Assembly: GCA_024711325.1 (NCBI GenBank)
Contig: JANJTC010000005.1
Location: forward strand, 1,204,172 to 1,268,171
DNA from: Bacteriovoracaceae bacterium
Lineage (GTDB): Bacteria; Bdellovibrionota; Bacteriovoracia; Bacteriovoracales; Bacteriovoracaceae
Direction: 5' to 3'
DNA: 64,000 bases
Shown: positions 18,927 to 28,060 of the stretch, one piece after another
Numbering within the stretch: the stretch's first letter is position 1
How the letters are laid out: each line of letters opens with the position of its first letter
The notes under the pieces: generated by a model
Told to the model about the DNA's origin: nothing
Seen by the model: the letters and a program-made list of their open reading frames with translations, nothing else
The model's database searches: none
Translations under genes and position numbers: made by a program

Positions 18927-19043
18927 ATGAAAAAGTTAAAAAAGTCGCGTCCTGCGAAGAAAGTTTCTAAAAACAAGAAGAGCGGCCTTAAACTTAAGCG
19001 CCTTGCTCGTAAGAGTAAACTTCTTAAAAGCCACAATAACTAA
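18927..19043 (+). CDS. 38-aa highly basic miniprotein (below the ORF-track cutoff)
   Basis: A gaggagg SD lies 5 nt before the ATG. The translation is MKKLKKSRPAKKVSKNKKSGLKLKRLARKSKLLKSHNN. A strong terminator follows about 25 nt downstream. Confidence 0.5.
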   Translation: MKKLKKSRPAKKVSKNKKSGLKLKRLARKSKLLKSHNN

Positions 19044-19063
19044 TTCTCATTAGTCTTAACTAT

Positions 19064-19097
19064 AAAGGGCCCTCGCTAAATAGCGAGGGCTTTTTTA
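19064..19097 (+). terminator. intrinsic terminator after the basic miniprotein ORF
   Basis: gccctcgct-aaat-agcgagggc 9-bp GC-rich stem followed by tttttt. Confidence 0.75.
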
Positions 19098-19205
19098 TTT
19101 GTGCGAGTTGTAAAGTCGCTGTTATTCCATTGATCGTCAAAATCGTGACAGTCAATAATACTATATATAGTTATTTATGTTTGACGATGAGTTGTTTTGA
19201 CAGGT

Positions 19206-19221
19206 TTAATAGATCTATTAA
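19206..19221. promoter_or_regulatory. perfect 16-bp palindrome ttaatagatctattaa in an orphan spacer (possible dimeric-regulator site)
   Basis: Self-complementary over all 16 nt. It lies in a 165-bp non-coding stretch bounded by two terminators, together with other inverted repeats. Confidence 0.3.
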
Positions 19222-19257
19222 CAGCTTAAATGATTTATAGCTTTAATTTCCTGCACA

Positions 19258-19287
19258 CACACAAAAGCCTCCGAATGGAGGCTTTTT
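19258..19287. terminator. bidirectional hairpin terminator downstream of the desaturase gene
   Basis: aagcctcc-gaat-ggaggctt stem, with a T7 run on the + strand and ttttgtgtg on the minus strand. Confidence 0.7.
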
Positions 19288-20094
19288 TTATTCCAGCATT
19301 CCCAAGAGCGGAGGATATTTGGCCTGATAGGCACCTGCCTTCTGCATTTGTTCAAAATATCTTTTTTTCGTTTCAGGTCTTTTGGTCCAATGCTCTTGCG
19401 GTGAGATGTGATGCTCCTGATGGTAGCCTTCATTGAACATAAAAAGATTGTAGATTTTTGAGTAGTGACTGACGGCATTTCCAAAGCGATCGGATGGGGC
19501 ACGGGCCTTATAATGTTCAAAATAATTTTCCACATGGGCCAGAAACCAACCGCAATAGAATAGGGGGAGATAGACCATCAGAAAGAATTTCCAGTCAATG
19601 AAAATCAGGATTCCACAGTAGCTAAGAACGACCAGGATCTCAGAAGCAAGCAAGTGACCTTCTTTTTTCTGCATGGTTTGCAACCAGGCCTTTTTAGTTC
19701 CATCCCTTAAAAGTGAGAAGGCCGAATAAGTAATCCAGTGCTCCTGTTGGTTATTTTTACCAAAGAGGTAAGTTGAGGAGGGATCTTCCATGGAATTATT
19801 GTATCGGTGATGATTTAGATGGTGATATTTATAGAGGATTTGAGGCAAACCTAAATTTGCTGAGTTTAAAAGGGAAAAGGCCTGATTCAGAATAGAATTT
19901 TTGAAAAAAGGCGTATGCAAAAAATTATGAGTGATCACAATAGGATTAAAATAAAACAGCATAACGTGAATCAAGAATATAGTCAGGTTTCCTATGATCG
20001 GTAGTTGATCAAAGCGAGATGCCCACAGGAGAAGTGAAGTCCCCTGGAGGAGAGCTATTATAAAAAGAACTAAATCCTTGAGTGAATATTTCAT
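19288..20094 (-). CDS. membrane fatty-acid-desaturase-family di-iron enzyme
   Basis: Three histidine boxes (HNFLH, HHLNHH, HQEHH) and several hydrophobic helices. 268 aa. Confidence 0.75.
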   Translation of the reverse strand: MKYSLKDLVLFIIALLQGTSLLLWASRFDQLPIIGNLTIFLIHVMLFYFNPIVITHNFLHTPFFKNSILNQAFSLLNSANLGLPQILYKYHHLNHHRYNNSMEDPSSTYLFGKNNQQEHWITYSAFSLLRDGTKKAWLQTMQKKEGHLLASEILVVLSYCGILIFIDWKFFLMVYLPLFYCGWFLAHVENYFEHYKARAPSDRFGNAVSHYSKIYNLFMFNEGYHQEHHISPQEHWTKRPETKKRYFEQMQKAGAYQAKYPPLLGMLE

Positions 20095-20585
20095 CAGCTT
20101 CGGTTTTTTAAAGTACTCCGTACATCTTTTTTCATTTGAACCCGCTTCTTGGCATTATCAAAGCGGCGGAGCTCATCTTCCGTCTGAGGATTAAGGCCTG
20201 GGACGGACACCGGGCGGCCCAAATCATCCAGAGCGACAAAAGTCAGATAGGCCTTGGTAGTAGTTCTGACTTCTCCTGTATAAGGATTCTCTGATGTTAC
20301 CTTCACCCCCACAATCATGGATGATTTACCCACATAGTTTAATGAGGCCTGAATAAGCACATGGTATCCCATTTTTATTGGGGCAATAAAGTCGATATCA
20401 TCAATATGGGCGGTCACTACAGGACGCCCGCAGTGACGAGCGGCCACCATCGCTGCCGCAATATCAATCCAGCTCATAACAGTTCCACCAAAGACTGTTC
20501 CATGATTGTTAGTGTGATTGGGCATAACCATCTCACGCATTTCAATCGCCGTTTCAGATGGAGTTTTAAGAGTCGCAGCTTTCAT
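20094..20585 (-). CDS. acyl-CoA thioesterase (hotdog fold, YciA-like)
   Basis: MPNHTNNHGTVFGGTVMSWIDIAAAM block. The start was set to the ATG at 20585 (MKAATLK, aggaag SD) because the longer track ORF would overlap the giant gene. Confidence 0.8.
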   Translation of the reverse strand: MKAATLKTPSETAIEMREMVMPNHTNNHGTVFGGTVMSWIDIAAAMVAARHCGRPVVTAHIDDIDFIAPIKMGYHVLIQASLNYVGKSSMIVGVKVTSENPYTGEVRTTTKAYLTFVALDDLGRPVSVPGLNPQTEDELRRFDNAKKRVQMKKDVRSTLKNRS

Positions 20586-20592
20586 GTCTTCC

Positions 20593-23500
20593 TTAGTCTT
20601 CTGGTTCTGTACAATAAAGATGGTGATTCCAACGGAAGCCTTCAATGAAGGCATTGTAACCAACGCTGACAGTTGCGCCAGCGTTTGAATTCTGGCCCTG
20701 ATCTCTGGATGAATCAACAATATTATAGATCCGATTGGTTAAATTTGTTTCTGATCCCTGAGGTTCAATTTCAAAGTTACCAAAGGCCCCGCCTTGGCGG
20801 ACTTTACCTGAGGCACAGTAGGCAGCTCCTAATTCCCGGATTTTATCATTAACAGCAGCAGTTAACAGTGGCTCACCAGTTGTGGCATCAAAGTCAGCTT
20901 CCAGAAGGCCGCCCCCTGGTTTATCATCTCCCACTCCTTCATTTGAAACAAAGCGGTTAAAATAAATCATCAGATCCGCACCTGCCGGGAGAGAACAAGT
21001 TTTGATTCCGGAATCTTCATCTGTGTAGGCATAACCTGAGCAACATTTCCCGCCATCAGTGACAGTCTTCCCTAGAGGACTGCAACATTTGAAATCATTG
21101 GCAGAGAAAACGGGTTCATTAAGAAGACCATGAATATTGGTAAAGTTCTTAGTGACGTTCTTCACACCGCCGGAGGTGTTGGCCGGATAAGTATGGCGGA
21201 AAGAAATATTTGAACTGGTAAATGAGTTTGCAGGAATGAGTGGGTCATTCAGGAAGTTCACGCCTGTTTTATAAATCCCGGGGATTAATCGGTTAGCGTT
21301 GTCATTACAAGTGATGGCCTCAAATGTTATCTGAGGTATCCCACTTAATTCAAGCCGGCCCAGACGTTTTAAGTAATAAGCACTGGTTCCAGGTTTGCTT
21401 CTTGGTACATTAGTGCGCCCAGGAGTGAGGGCCTCGAAAGCCACTCCAACTTTTCTTCCTGAAAATGAGCTTGCTATCATGGCAGCATCGGCCGCAGCTT
21501 TAAGTATACGGGTGGCAGGATCGTAAGAATAATAACAACAGCCACCAGGTAAACCGCAGGCCACACCAGTATATCCCGTCGTGGGAGCACCGGGGTTGTA
21601 GGCAGGAGTTTTCAGGCAGGTTCTGACAACGGCAGCGTTGGCCGCTTCCATACGAAGATTAAGAGTGTTGTTAGCATAAGCAAGATCAAAATCTCTTGAA
21701 ACATAACTTGGTATTTTAATAGTGATGTTTCTTCGGGCATCACTGGCAGTGCTGGCGTAATCAATAAAGACATTGCTGTTACCATCTCCGCTTCTTGGTC
21801 TAAAATAGTAATCGCGATTGGAAGAAGAGTAGTTAGGTGTGACGGTATTTACGCGGGTAATATCATACGAGTAAACCTCTTCTGGAATACTATCATTGTT
21901 AGCATCTTTAAACTCTTCAGGTATTGTGTCAGTTGAGGAATCAGTAATCGAGTACTGAGCACAGGCCCCATTGGTATTAGATGAATCTTTACAGTAATCT
22001 CCATAATCCTGATTTACTAACGACTGAACATCGGCCGGATTATTATTGTACATGTAGGCTACATCTGAGGAATTTGTGATGAGCGGCGTTCTGGAGTTGA
22101 TACAACGAAAGTTCGTCACGTCCAGCACGAAACGATCTCGGCGGGTCCAGTCATTTGAACCATCAGAAAATTTTCTGATCCAACCACCACCACAACAAGA
22201 TTCTGAATTGGCCTCAGTTAGAGTTTTCCATTGATGGGGACTCATGACGTTGGTTCCAAATGCATTTGAAGGATTTGATGTCAGTAGATTCGCAGGAGTT
22301 CTTTCCTGATAGGCCGAAAGAATCGGTTTCAGAGAAGTTTTTCCAACATTTTCCACTGTGGCAAGTCTTGAGTAGCGTTTCGGATCATTCGGGGCCATAC
22401 CAGGAGCGACGGACATCTTAAGTCCTATCGTGTTCACATCATAATTATTAGGGACAGTACTTGTAGGTAAATCACCGGTGTAGGTTGTGAGATCACTTCC
22501 CACTTCACGGCAACAGCGGTTTTTGGTCATGTCATAGTTTTTAAAAGCTTCTGTATTTGATGCAAGTGGTTTGGTATCACCCTGGCCACAAACCAGGTAT
22601 TCACTATAGTAAGATTTTTCAGCGGCATTACCAAAAAAGCTCGTGCCGAAAATTTCAACTTGAGACGCATGTTTTTTATTTGGAGAGCAATCAAGGTCCG
22701 TATGGCAAACAGCTCCGGCCCTTCTCAAGCAGGCATCCCTGACTAAAGTCTGATCGAGAATAATTTGAGAATTTAAAGGTCTGGCCTCAATACTTCTAAA
22801 TGGTGAAGAACTCTGTAGGCTATCTGGTGATGAACCAAGAGAAGCAGTAGGCAAGAGGGTTTCCAGACCGCAGGCATTTTGATTGGTAGCTCTATTGAAA
22901 TAACCGGAAGGCAAAGTGCTACTGGCAAATTGTTCATAGTTGCCATCGCTTCCGATGACTGGGCAAGATGAATGTCGGTATTCGGTAAATAAACCGGAGT
23001 TACAACTTCCAATCTGATTTATGAAGTCCGTTCTGCGTGATGAATCCGGGGCTGTCTGCTGATTAAATGGATTTGATTTCGTCAGCTGATTATTCTGATC
23101 TGGCAAGCTTTTGCCAGGCTGACAAAGACCTGTGAAAAAGTTTCCGGAGCCTTCATTTAAAAGTAGGTTTTCATTTAAGACTGATCTGATGACAGAAGTT
23201 AAAGAGGAGCTCTCACCACTGGCAACGTAATGAAGAGGACGACCCAGGACATTAGCATCTTTACCATAAATATGATTTCGACTAAGTGGAATTTCTTCCA
23301 GCTTGGCCGCAAAACGCGCCACTTTGGAATTAAACAGACCTGATTGATTGACGTTGGCACAATAAAAGTTAGGAGCACAACTCAGAAGTTTTCTCTTATT
23401 TAAGTCAAGGGATGAGATGCTTCCCGCATTGGAGTGACAGATGGAGCCGGCACCACGGTAAATACAACGTTTAGAGCTGCTGGAAGGAAATCTCTTCTGA

Positions 23501-25812
23501 AGAAGTATTTGATCAATGGAAGTCGCAGTGGCCGTGAGTGGCTTCTCATTTCCATTTCCATCGAATTCCGGCCAGTTGGTTTTGACGTCTTTGACATCAG
23601 CGCAGGCATATTCCCAACCGAGTTGGGTGACACAATCAGTGTCGGTCTCACACATGTGATATTTCTGACAATTTCCGGCCTCATTTTGGTAAGGATGATA
23701 CTGATGATATTCAGGATCATAATCCACTTGTGCGGCCTGGGTAATACCGTCATAAGCATTTACCTGTACAACATGCAAAGTAGGACTGGCCAGATCTGCA
23801 AAAGGAGCATTGATGGCCAGGAAAAGTTTTTTAGAGGTAGAGCGTACAATTCGCCCTTTTCCGACAGCAAACCAGCTGACGCCATCAAAAGAACCGATCA
23901 AGGCCCCTTTATTAAATCCAAACCAATCTCTCTGGTAACCGTTAGCAAACAAAGCGCTTTGGGTTTCCAGTCGTGCCGCTCTCTGATCTTTAACAGTACT
24001 ACGGGCAGAATGAGAAAAAGGAATCATGGTCGGTGGTAACCAACAGGCTCGTCCGAAAATAGTGTCTTCATAGTTTCCGGCCGTCGTATTGGTCGAGAAG
24101 GCGTCTCTCTCCGTACTGTGGCCTATGGCCTGAAGTCCTGTTCCGGTAGAACTAGATGGATGGGCCGTGAAAGTATTTAACCATGAATCCTTGCCACAAG
24201 TCGGGCATGGAGTGTAGTAGCCGGAGGTGGTTGAGATAAAATAAACCTGATCCAGTTCAACATTAACTGTCTTGGCAGGCAAGGCCTTATCCAAAGAGAC
24301 CGTCATCTGTCCCAGAATGGCATTCATGCTGAAGTTCTGCTGAAGCGGAAGAACCTTTCCTTCATCCATATATTCAAAAGGAGCACCTTCTTGTTCAGCC
24401 CCGGAAGAAATATCTTTTTCCGCACCGGTGGAATCAAAGAAGCGATGAGGGGCAGATCGTGAATTAACCGAAACCGTTTGATGGGCCGGAATTGTTTGGG
24501 GAGAACTTGGAGGCGTATAACAGTCAATGCGAATAGGTTGATTAGCTGTATCTCTCAAGACTACTGAATATTCATAGGCCGGACAGCTGGCAATCATGTC
24601 CGGTAGTTCAGTCTTTGAGCATCCACAAGTGGTGTAAAGACGTTTCATTACCGTCTCAAAATACATCGGTTTTTTTGAATCAGTTGTGGCAGTTAAACAA
24701 TCAGTTGCCGGAGTGTAGGGAGTTGCGCGGCTAAGAAGTTCATTGTGAAAAGGTGAAAGGGTTGATTGAGATTTTATATGCTCAACACACATGTAATCTT
24801 TTTTTAATTGCTCAAAGGCCGCATCATATCCACCTGATCCACTACCACCAGTGCTACCACTGCCAGATCCGCCGGTTGTTGGAACTGATGTCCCACAAAT
24901 ATAATAAAGTTGTGGGTAATTTAAATAGGCCAGAGGATTTTGTAAGCGTTCTTGTTCTGCGGTTTGCAGAAGGGAAGCATATTGGGTGGCCGCTGCTGGT
25001 TTCACAGCACCATCTCTGACACATTGATTTTCTAAACAACAGTCAAAGCCCCGGGCCTGACAGTCGCTTTTACTGCAAGTGCCACCGCTTCCGGTATTGG
25101 AATAGTTGGGATCAACTTGCATGGCCAGGAGTCCAGTATTCACCTGACCCATGGGAACTTCATCCAGATAAGTCACAGTAGGAGAAGTATAGGTCACGCG
25201 CTTAAAGAGTCTGACTCTGGTAGCGGTGAGCATGCTGGTACATGTAGGACATATTAAAGAAGGGTCATACTGAAAGATAGGTGGAGAAGTCGTATCCGGA
25301 ACGTAATCACCGTTACTGTTTTTTACCCTCAGAGTTTTATCACAATAGGCAGAAGAATTTGTGACATCATCAAAATCCACTCTGAGATTTTTTACAGTTC
25401 TTTTTAAATTAAAATCATAATAAGAAATAGGAACAATACGTGAGCGAAGTTCATAAGGTATTCCACCCAGCGAATAGGTGCTGACTAAACAGTAATTGGC
25501 ATTGATGAAATTTTCAGAGGTGCCGAGATAGGTTTCAATCGGGGTCCCGACAATATAAGCGTTGTTGAGGTTTGATACGTTAACAGTTATAGAAGAAGTA
25601 TTTGCTCCTAGATAATTCCAACTGACTGCGGAAATAACTCCGCCACCATCAGTACCACCACCGTCTGATCCTCCGGTGGTTTCTGTGTTCTCAAGATTGC
25701 CTTTACTCACTTGAGCAGTGGGCATACATGAGACGAGAAGAAATAATGATAAAATGAGGTACCTAACATCCATGCTGGTAATGATCTCCTGTAATCTTTT
25801 TCGGAGTTTCAT
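20593..25812 (-). CDS. giant (1739 aa) Cys-rich surface lipoprotein of unknown function
   Basis: Uninterrupted 5.2-kb ORF with lipobox LLVSC and Gly/Ser/Thr linkers (TTGGSDGGGTDGGG, GGSGSGSTGGSGSGG). It has six CC dipeptides (FDCCLENQC, NRCCREVG, ESCCGGGW, GGCCYYSY, FKCCSPLG, GKCCSGYA). An alternative start is the ATG at 25773. Confidence 0.8.
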   Translation of the reverse strand: MKLRKRLQEIITSMDVRYLILSLFLLVSCMPTAQVSKGNLENTETTGGSDGGGTDGGGVISAVSWNYLGANTSSITVNVSNLNNAYIVGTPIETYLGTSENFINANYCLVSTYSLGGIPYELRSRIVPISYYDFNLKRTVKNLRVDFDDVTNSSAYCDKTLRVKNSNGDYVPDTTSPPIFQYDPSLICPTCTSMLTATRVRLFKRVTYTSPTVTYLDEVPMGQVNTGLLAMQVDPNYSNTGSGGTCSKSDCQARGFDCCLENQCVRDGAVKPAAATQYASLLQTAEQERLQNPLAYLNYPQLYYICGTSVPTTGGSGSGSTGGSGSGGYDAAFEQLKKDYMCVEHIKSQSTLSPFHNELLSRATPYTPATDCLTATTDSKKPMYFETVMKRLYTTCGCSKTELPDMIASCPAYEYSVVLRDTANQPIRIDCYTPPSSPQTIPAHQTVSVNSRSAPHRFFDSTGAEKDISSGAEQEGAPFEYMDEGKVLPLQQNFSMNAILGQMTVSLDKALPAKTVNVELDQVYFISTTSGYYTPCPTCGKDSWLNTFTAHPSSSTGTGLQAIGHSTERDAFSTNTTAGNYEDTIFGRACWLPPTMIPFSHSARSTVKDQRAARLETQSALFANGYQRDWFGFNKGALIGSFDGVSWFAVGKGRIVRSTSKKLFLAINAPFADLASPTLHVVQVNAYDGITQAAQVDYDPEYHQYHPYQNEAGNCQKYHMCETDTDCVTQLGWEYACADVKDVKTNWPEFDGNGNEKPLTATATSIDQILLQKRFPSSSSKRCIYRGAGSICHSNAGSISSLDLNKRKLLSCAPNFYCANVNQSGLFNSKVARFAAKLEEIPLSRNHIYGKDANVLGRPLHYVASGESSSLTSVIRSVLNENLLLNEGSGNFFTGLCQPGKSLPDQNNQLTKSNPFNQQTAPDSSRRTDFINQIGSCNSGLFTEYRHSSCPVIGSDGNYEQFASSTLPSGYFNRATNQNACGLETLLPTASLGSSPDSLQSSSPFRSIEARPLNSQIILDQTLVRDACLRRAGAVCHTDLDCSPNKKHASQVEIFGTSFFGNAAEKSYYSEYLVCGQGDTKPLASNTEAFKNYDMTKNRCCREVGSDLTTYTGDLPTSTVPNNYDVNTIGLKMSVAPGMAPNDPKRYSRLATVENVGKTSLKPILSAYQERTPANLLTSNPSNAFGTNVMSPHQWKTLTEANSESCCGGGWIRKFSDGSNDWTRRDRFVLDVTNFRCINSRTPLITNSSDVAYMYNNNPADVQSLVNQDYGDYCKDSSNTNGACAQYSITDSSTDTIPEEFKDANNDSIPEEVYSYDITRVNTVTPNYSSSNRDYYFRPRSGDGNSNVFIDYASTASDARRNITIKIPSYVSRDFDLAYANNTLNLRMEAANAAVVRTCLKTPAYNPGAPTTGYTGVACGLPGGCCYYSYDPATRILKAAADAAMIASSFSGRKVGVAFEALTPGRTNVPRSKPGTSAYYLKRLGRLELSGIPQITFEAITCNDNANRLIPGIYKTGVNFLNDPLIPANSFTSSNISFRHTYPANTSGGVKNVTKNFTNIHGLLNEPVFSANDFKCCSPLGKTVTDGGKCCSGYAYTDEDSGIKTCSLPAGADLMIYFNRFVSNEGVGDDKPGGGLLEADFDATTGEPLLTAAVNDKIRELGAAYCASGKVRQGGAFGNFEIEPQGSETNLTNRIYNIVDSSRDQGQNSNAGATVSVGYNAFIEGFRWNHHLYCTEPED

Positions 25813-25929
25813 GCTGTTAGCTTTATTCTAGCTCACTTGAGGAAAACTTTGCCGAATGGGGTTAAGTCTTTGAAACTAATGTTAACCAGAGTGGGGGACT
25901 CGGTGACTTCGCCAAAAATATTTGGCAAT

Positions 25930-27906
25930 TTAAAGACCGAAGTACTTATTGCCTGTCGCCGAGACGGCTTTGTAGGGTGAAACCAGGGAAGCATTCCCGA
26001 AGGCAGTGTAGGGTTGATAACCCGGAGTAGGCATATAAAAACCATAGGCCCCATGATAACGGGCATTGAAAAGAATCGTGTCGGAAATTCCCATGGGCCT
26101 TTGACCATTGTTCCAAGGTGAATAATTGTAGGGATAAGGATTGGTGTAAGACTGAGTGTACTGCTTGTTCACATAATGCCTTAAAACATCCGTCAAGAGA
26201 CTTGAACCACCTTGAATCCAGGCATCCCGAATCTGGGCCTCTTCATGGCCACCACTTGGTGCGACTACTGGCCCGTTAAAATCTTCTTTCTTCGCCGGTT
26301 TCACAATGTCGGAAGTGGTGTCATTGAAAAACTCACAAAGACGCTCTTCTTGTTTTTTAAACTTACGGTCTTCGTCACAAATTTTCTCGGCTTCTTCCTC
26401 AGCTTCTGGTTTGGGTGAGAAGACAACGGCGATTTTTAAGGTGTCACTAAAAGTCAGCAACGCCTCTTTTGAAATAAGAGTATTTTCTTCACAAAGATCC
26501 ATAGGTGAAGAGAGGGATTGGCACTTCTGGGTTCCCCATTTTAAGAGAGCAAAATTCCGGAACTTCATCAGTTCAATATTCTCGGCGCCAATTTTATCCT
26601 TTAAGAGATTAAGTTGCAGGATTTTATCCTGAACGCTGGCGTGGTCCCGGTTAAATTCAGCATAACAACTTTCAGAAAGAACATCTTTGGTTTTGAGTTC
26701 ATCCTTACAAGTGGCCTCTTTATTTTCCAAAGCATCAGCATAATCGATGGAAGTTTTGATCGCCGGTAGAAAACGTCCTAAGTTGGCCTTGGCATCGCCG
26801 GTTAATTTCGACTGAACATCGGCCAGATGCTGGTAACAACTGCGCGCGATTTTATAGAGGGATTTTGCATTAGAACAATCAGCTTTTTGAGATTCCGTAA
26901 GATCAGGCAGAATGTCTTTTAGATCATCATAAACGATAGAAAGTTTACTCTGAACTTCATACTGCTGACGAAGTTTAGCGTCTCCCATCAGAAGAAAGAA
27001 TTTATCTGAGGCGACCTTCGCTTTCTTTTGGTCTTTAATCGCACTTAAATCTTCTACAAAACTAAAACCTGGGACGTTTTCAAAATCATCCAGCTTCTTA
27101 ATCGCTTCAAGATGACCTTTAGAGAGAACATCCTTGGAATCAAGTGTAGCGAAAGCACCACTAAGCTCATTTTGCATGTCATTGAATGAATAAGCAGCAT
27201 CATCAGGTCCGGCATTTTTTCTTCGGATCGAGAGCATCTTCTGCCACTTGGATATTTGCTCAATTGATGGATCTGAATTTTTTATCAGCCCAAGAATTTC
27301 TTTGGCGGCGTCCGGATTTGGTTTAAAGACATTCGGATTACAAGCGTCAACGTCTATAACGTGTTTGTTATTTAAATAAGCTTTATCACTGGCCTTACAG
27401 ATCTCAACCAGCCTATCGCTCAAATCTTTTTGCGTGAGTCTTTGATTTTCAGGAAAGGCCTTGAGCTTTTGAATAAAAGGGGTCCCGTCATCTGTTGTCG
27501 TCTGTAAGAGTACTTCCAGAGACTGAGCGGTATTGAGGCTTGAAACAAAACTCATCCCGGCCACTCGCTGAGCGGCACCAGAACTTTTTTCGGTACGCTC
27601 TTTAGATTGGGCAACGGTATTCTTAAGCTGATTAATGCCGGTTAAAACCGCTTCTTCCAGTTTTAATTGTTCCAGTTGAGTTTCTATTGTTGCCAGATCT
27701 GAACACATCTTGCCATTTAGAAACTCAGGATCTTTAACCGGAATATCCTGAATGAGGGTCTTATAATCAATCTTCCCGCAGTCGGTGATGAACTTTTTTT
27801 GCAGGTCTTTTTCATAAGACTGAAGAATATTTCCCAGTTCACCACAATTCGGTGGAGAACCGGCAAAGCTCAAAGGAATAAGGACCAGGAAGAGTAATAG
27901 GGCCAT
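25930..27906 (-). CDS. secreted 658-aa protein with a long helical (possibly coiled-coil) region and a Tyr/Pro/Asn-rich tail
   Basis: Signal peptide MALLLFLVLIPLSFAG, a K/E/L/Q-rich region with paired Cys, and the C-terminal stretch YTQSYTNPYPYNYSPWNNG...GYQPYTAFG. Confidence 0.7.
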   Translation of the reverse strand: MALLLFLVLIPLSFAGSPPNCGELGNILQSYEKDLQKKFITDCGKIDYKTLIQDIPVKDPEFLNGKMCSDLATIETQLEQLKLEEAVLTGINQLKNTVAQSKERTEKSSGAAQRVAGMSFVSSLNTAQSLEVLLQTTTDDGTPFIQKLKAFPENQRLTQKDLSDRLVEICKASDKAYLNNKHVIDVDACNPNVFKPNPDAAKEILGLIKNSDPSIEQISKWQKMLSIRRKNAGPDDAAYSFNDMQNELSGAFATLDSKDVLSKGHLEAIKKLDDFENVPGFSFVEDLSAIKDQKKAKVASDKFFLLMGDAKLRQQYEVQSKLSIVYDDLKDILPDLTESQKADCSNAKSLYKIARSCYQHLADVQSKLTGDAKANLGRFLPAIKTSIDYADALENKEATCKDELKTKDVLSESCYAEFNRDHASVQDKILQLNLLKDKIGAENIELMKFRNFALLKWGTQKCQSLSSPMDLCEENTLISKEALLTFSDTLKIAVVFSPKPEAEEEAEKICDEDRKFKKQEERLCEFFNDTTSDIVKPAKKEDFNGPVVAPSGGHEEAQIRDAWIQGGSSLLTDVLRHYVNKQYTQSYTNPYPYNYSPWNNGQRPMGISDTILFNARYHGAYGFYMPTPGYQPYTAFGNASLVSPYKAVSATGNKYFGL

Positions 27907-27969
27907 ACCCTCATATTTTCGGAAGGATTGGGCCAGATCTTAAGTACTTTATTTAACAAGTCGGAATAA

Positions 27970-27977
27970 GGGGGGGG
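27970..27977. repeat. G8 (C8 on the minus strand) homopolymer in a divergent promoter region
   Basis: aataaggggggggttataa. The tract lies 64 nt upstream of the 658-aa gene start and 84 nt upstream of the SDR start. Confidence 0.9.
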
Positions 27978-28060
27978 TTATAACCCATATTTCCTAGCTT
28001 TAGTGATGAAAGCAGTTGAATTTAAATATGGTGAAAACCAGTACTGAAAGGAAAAATAAA

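Noticed and set aside
23434-24039. 201-aa + strand ORF, plus other ORFs of 60-119 aa nested in 20.6-25.8 kb.
   Set aside because: All lie inside or antisense to the uninterrupted 1739-aa reading frame. Such shadow ORFs are expected by chance within a gene of this length.
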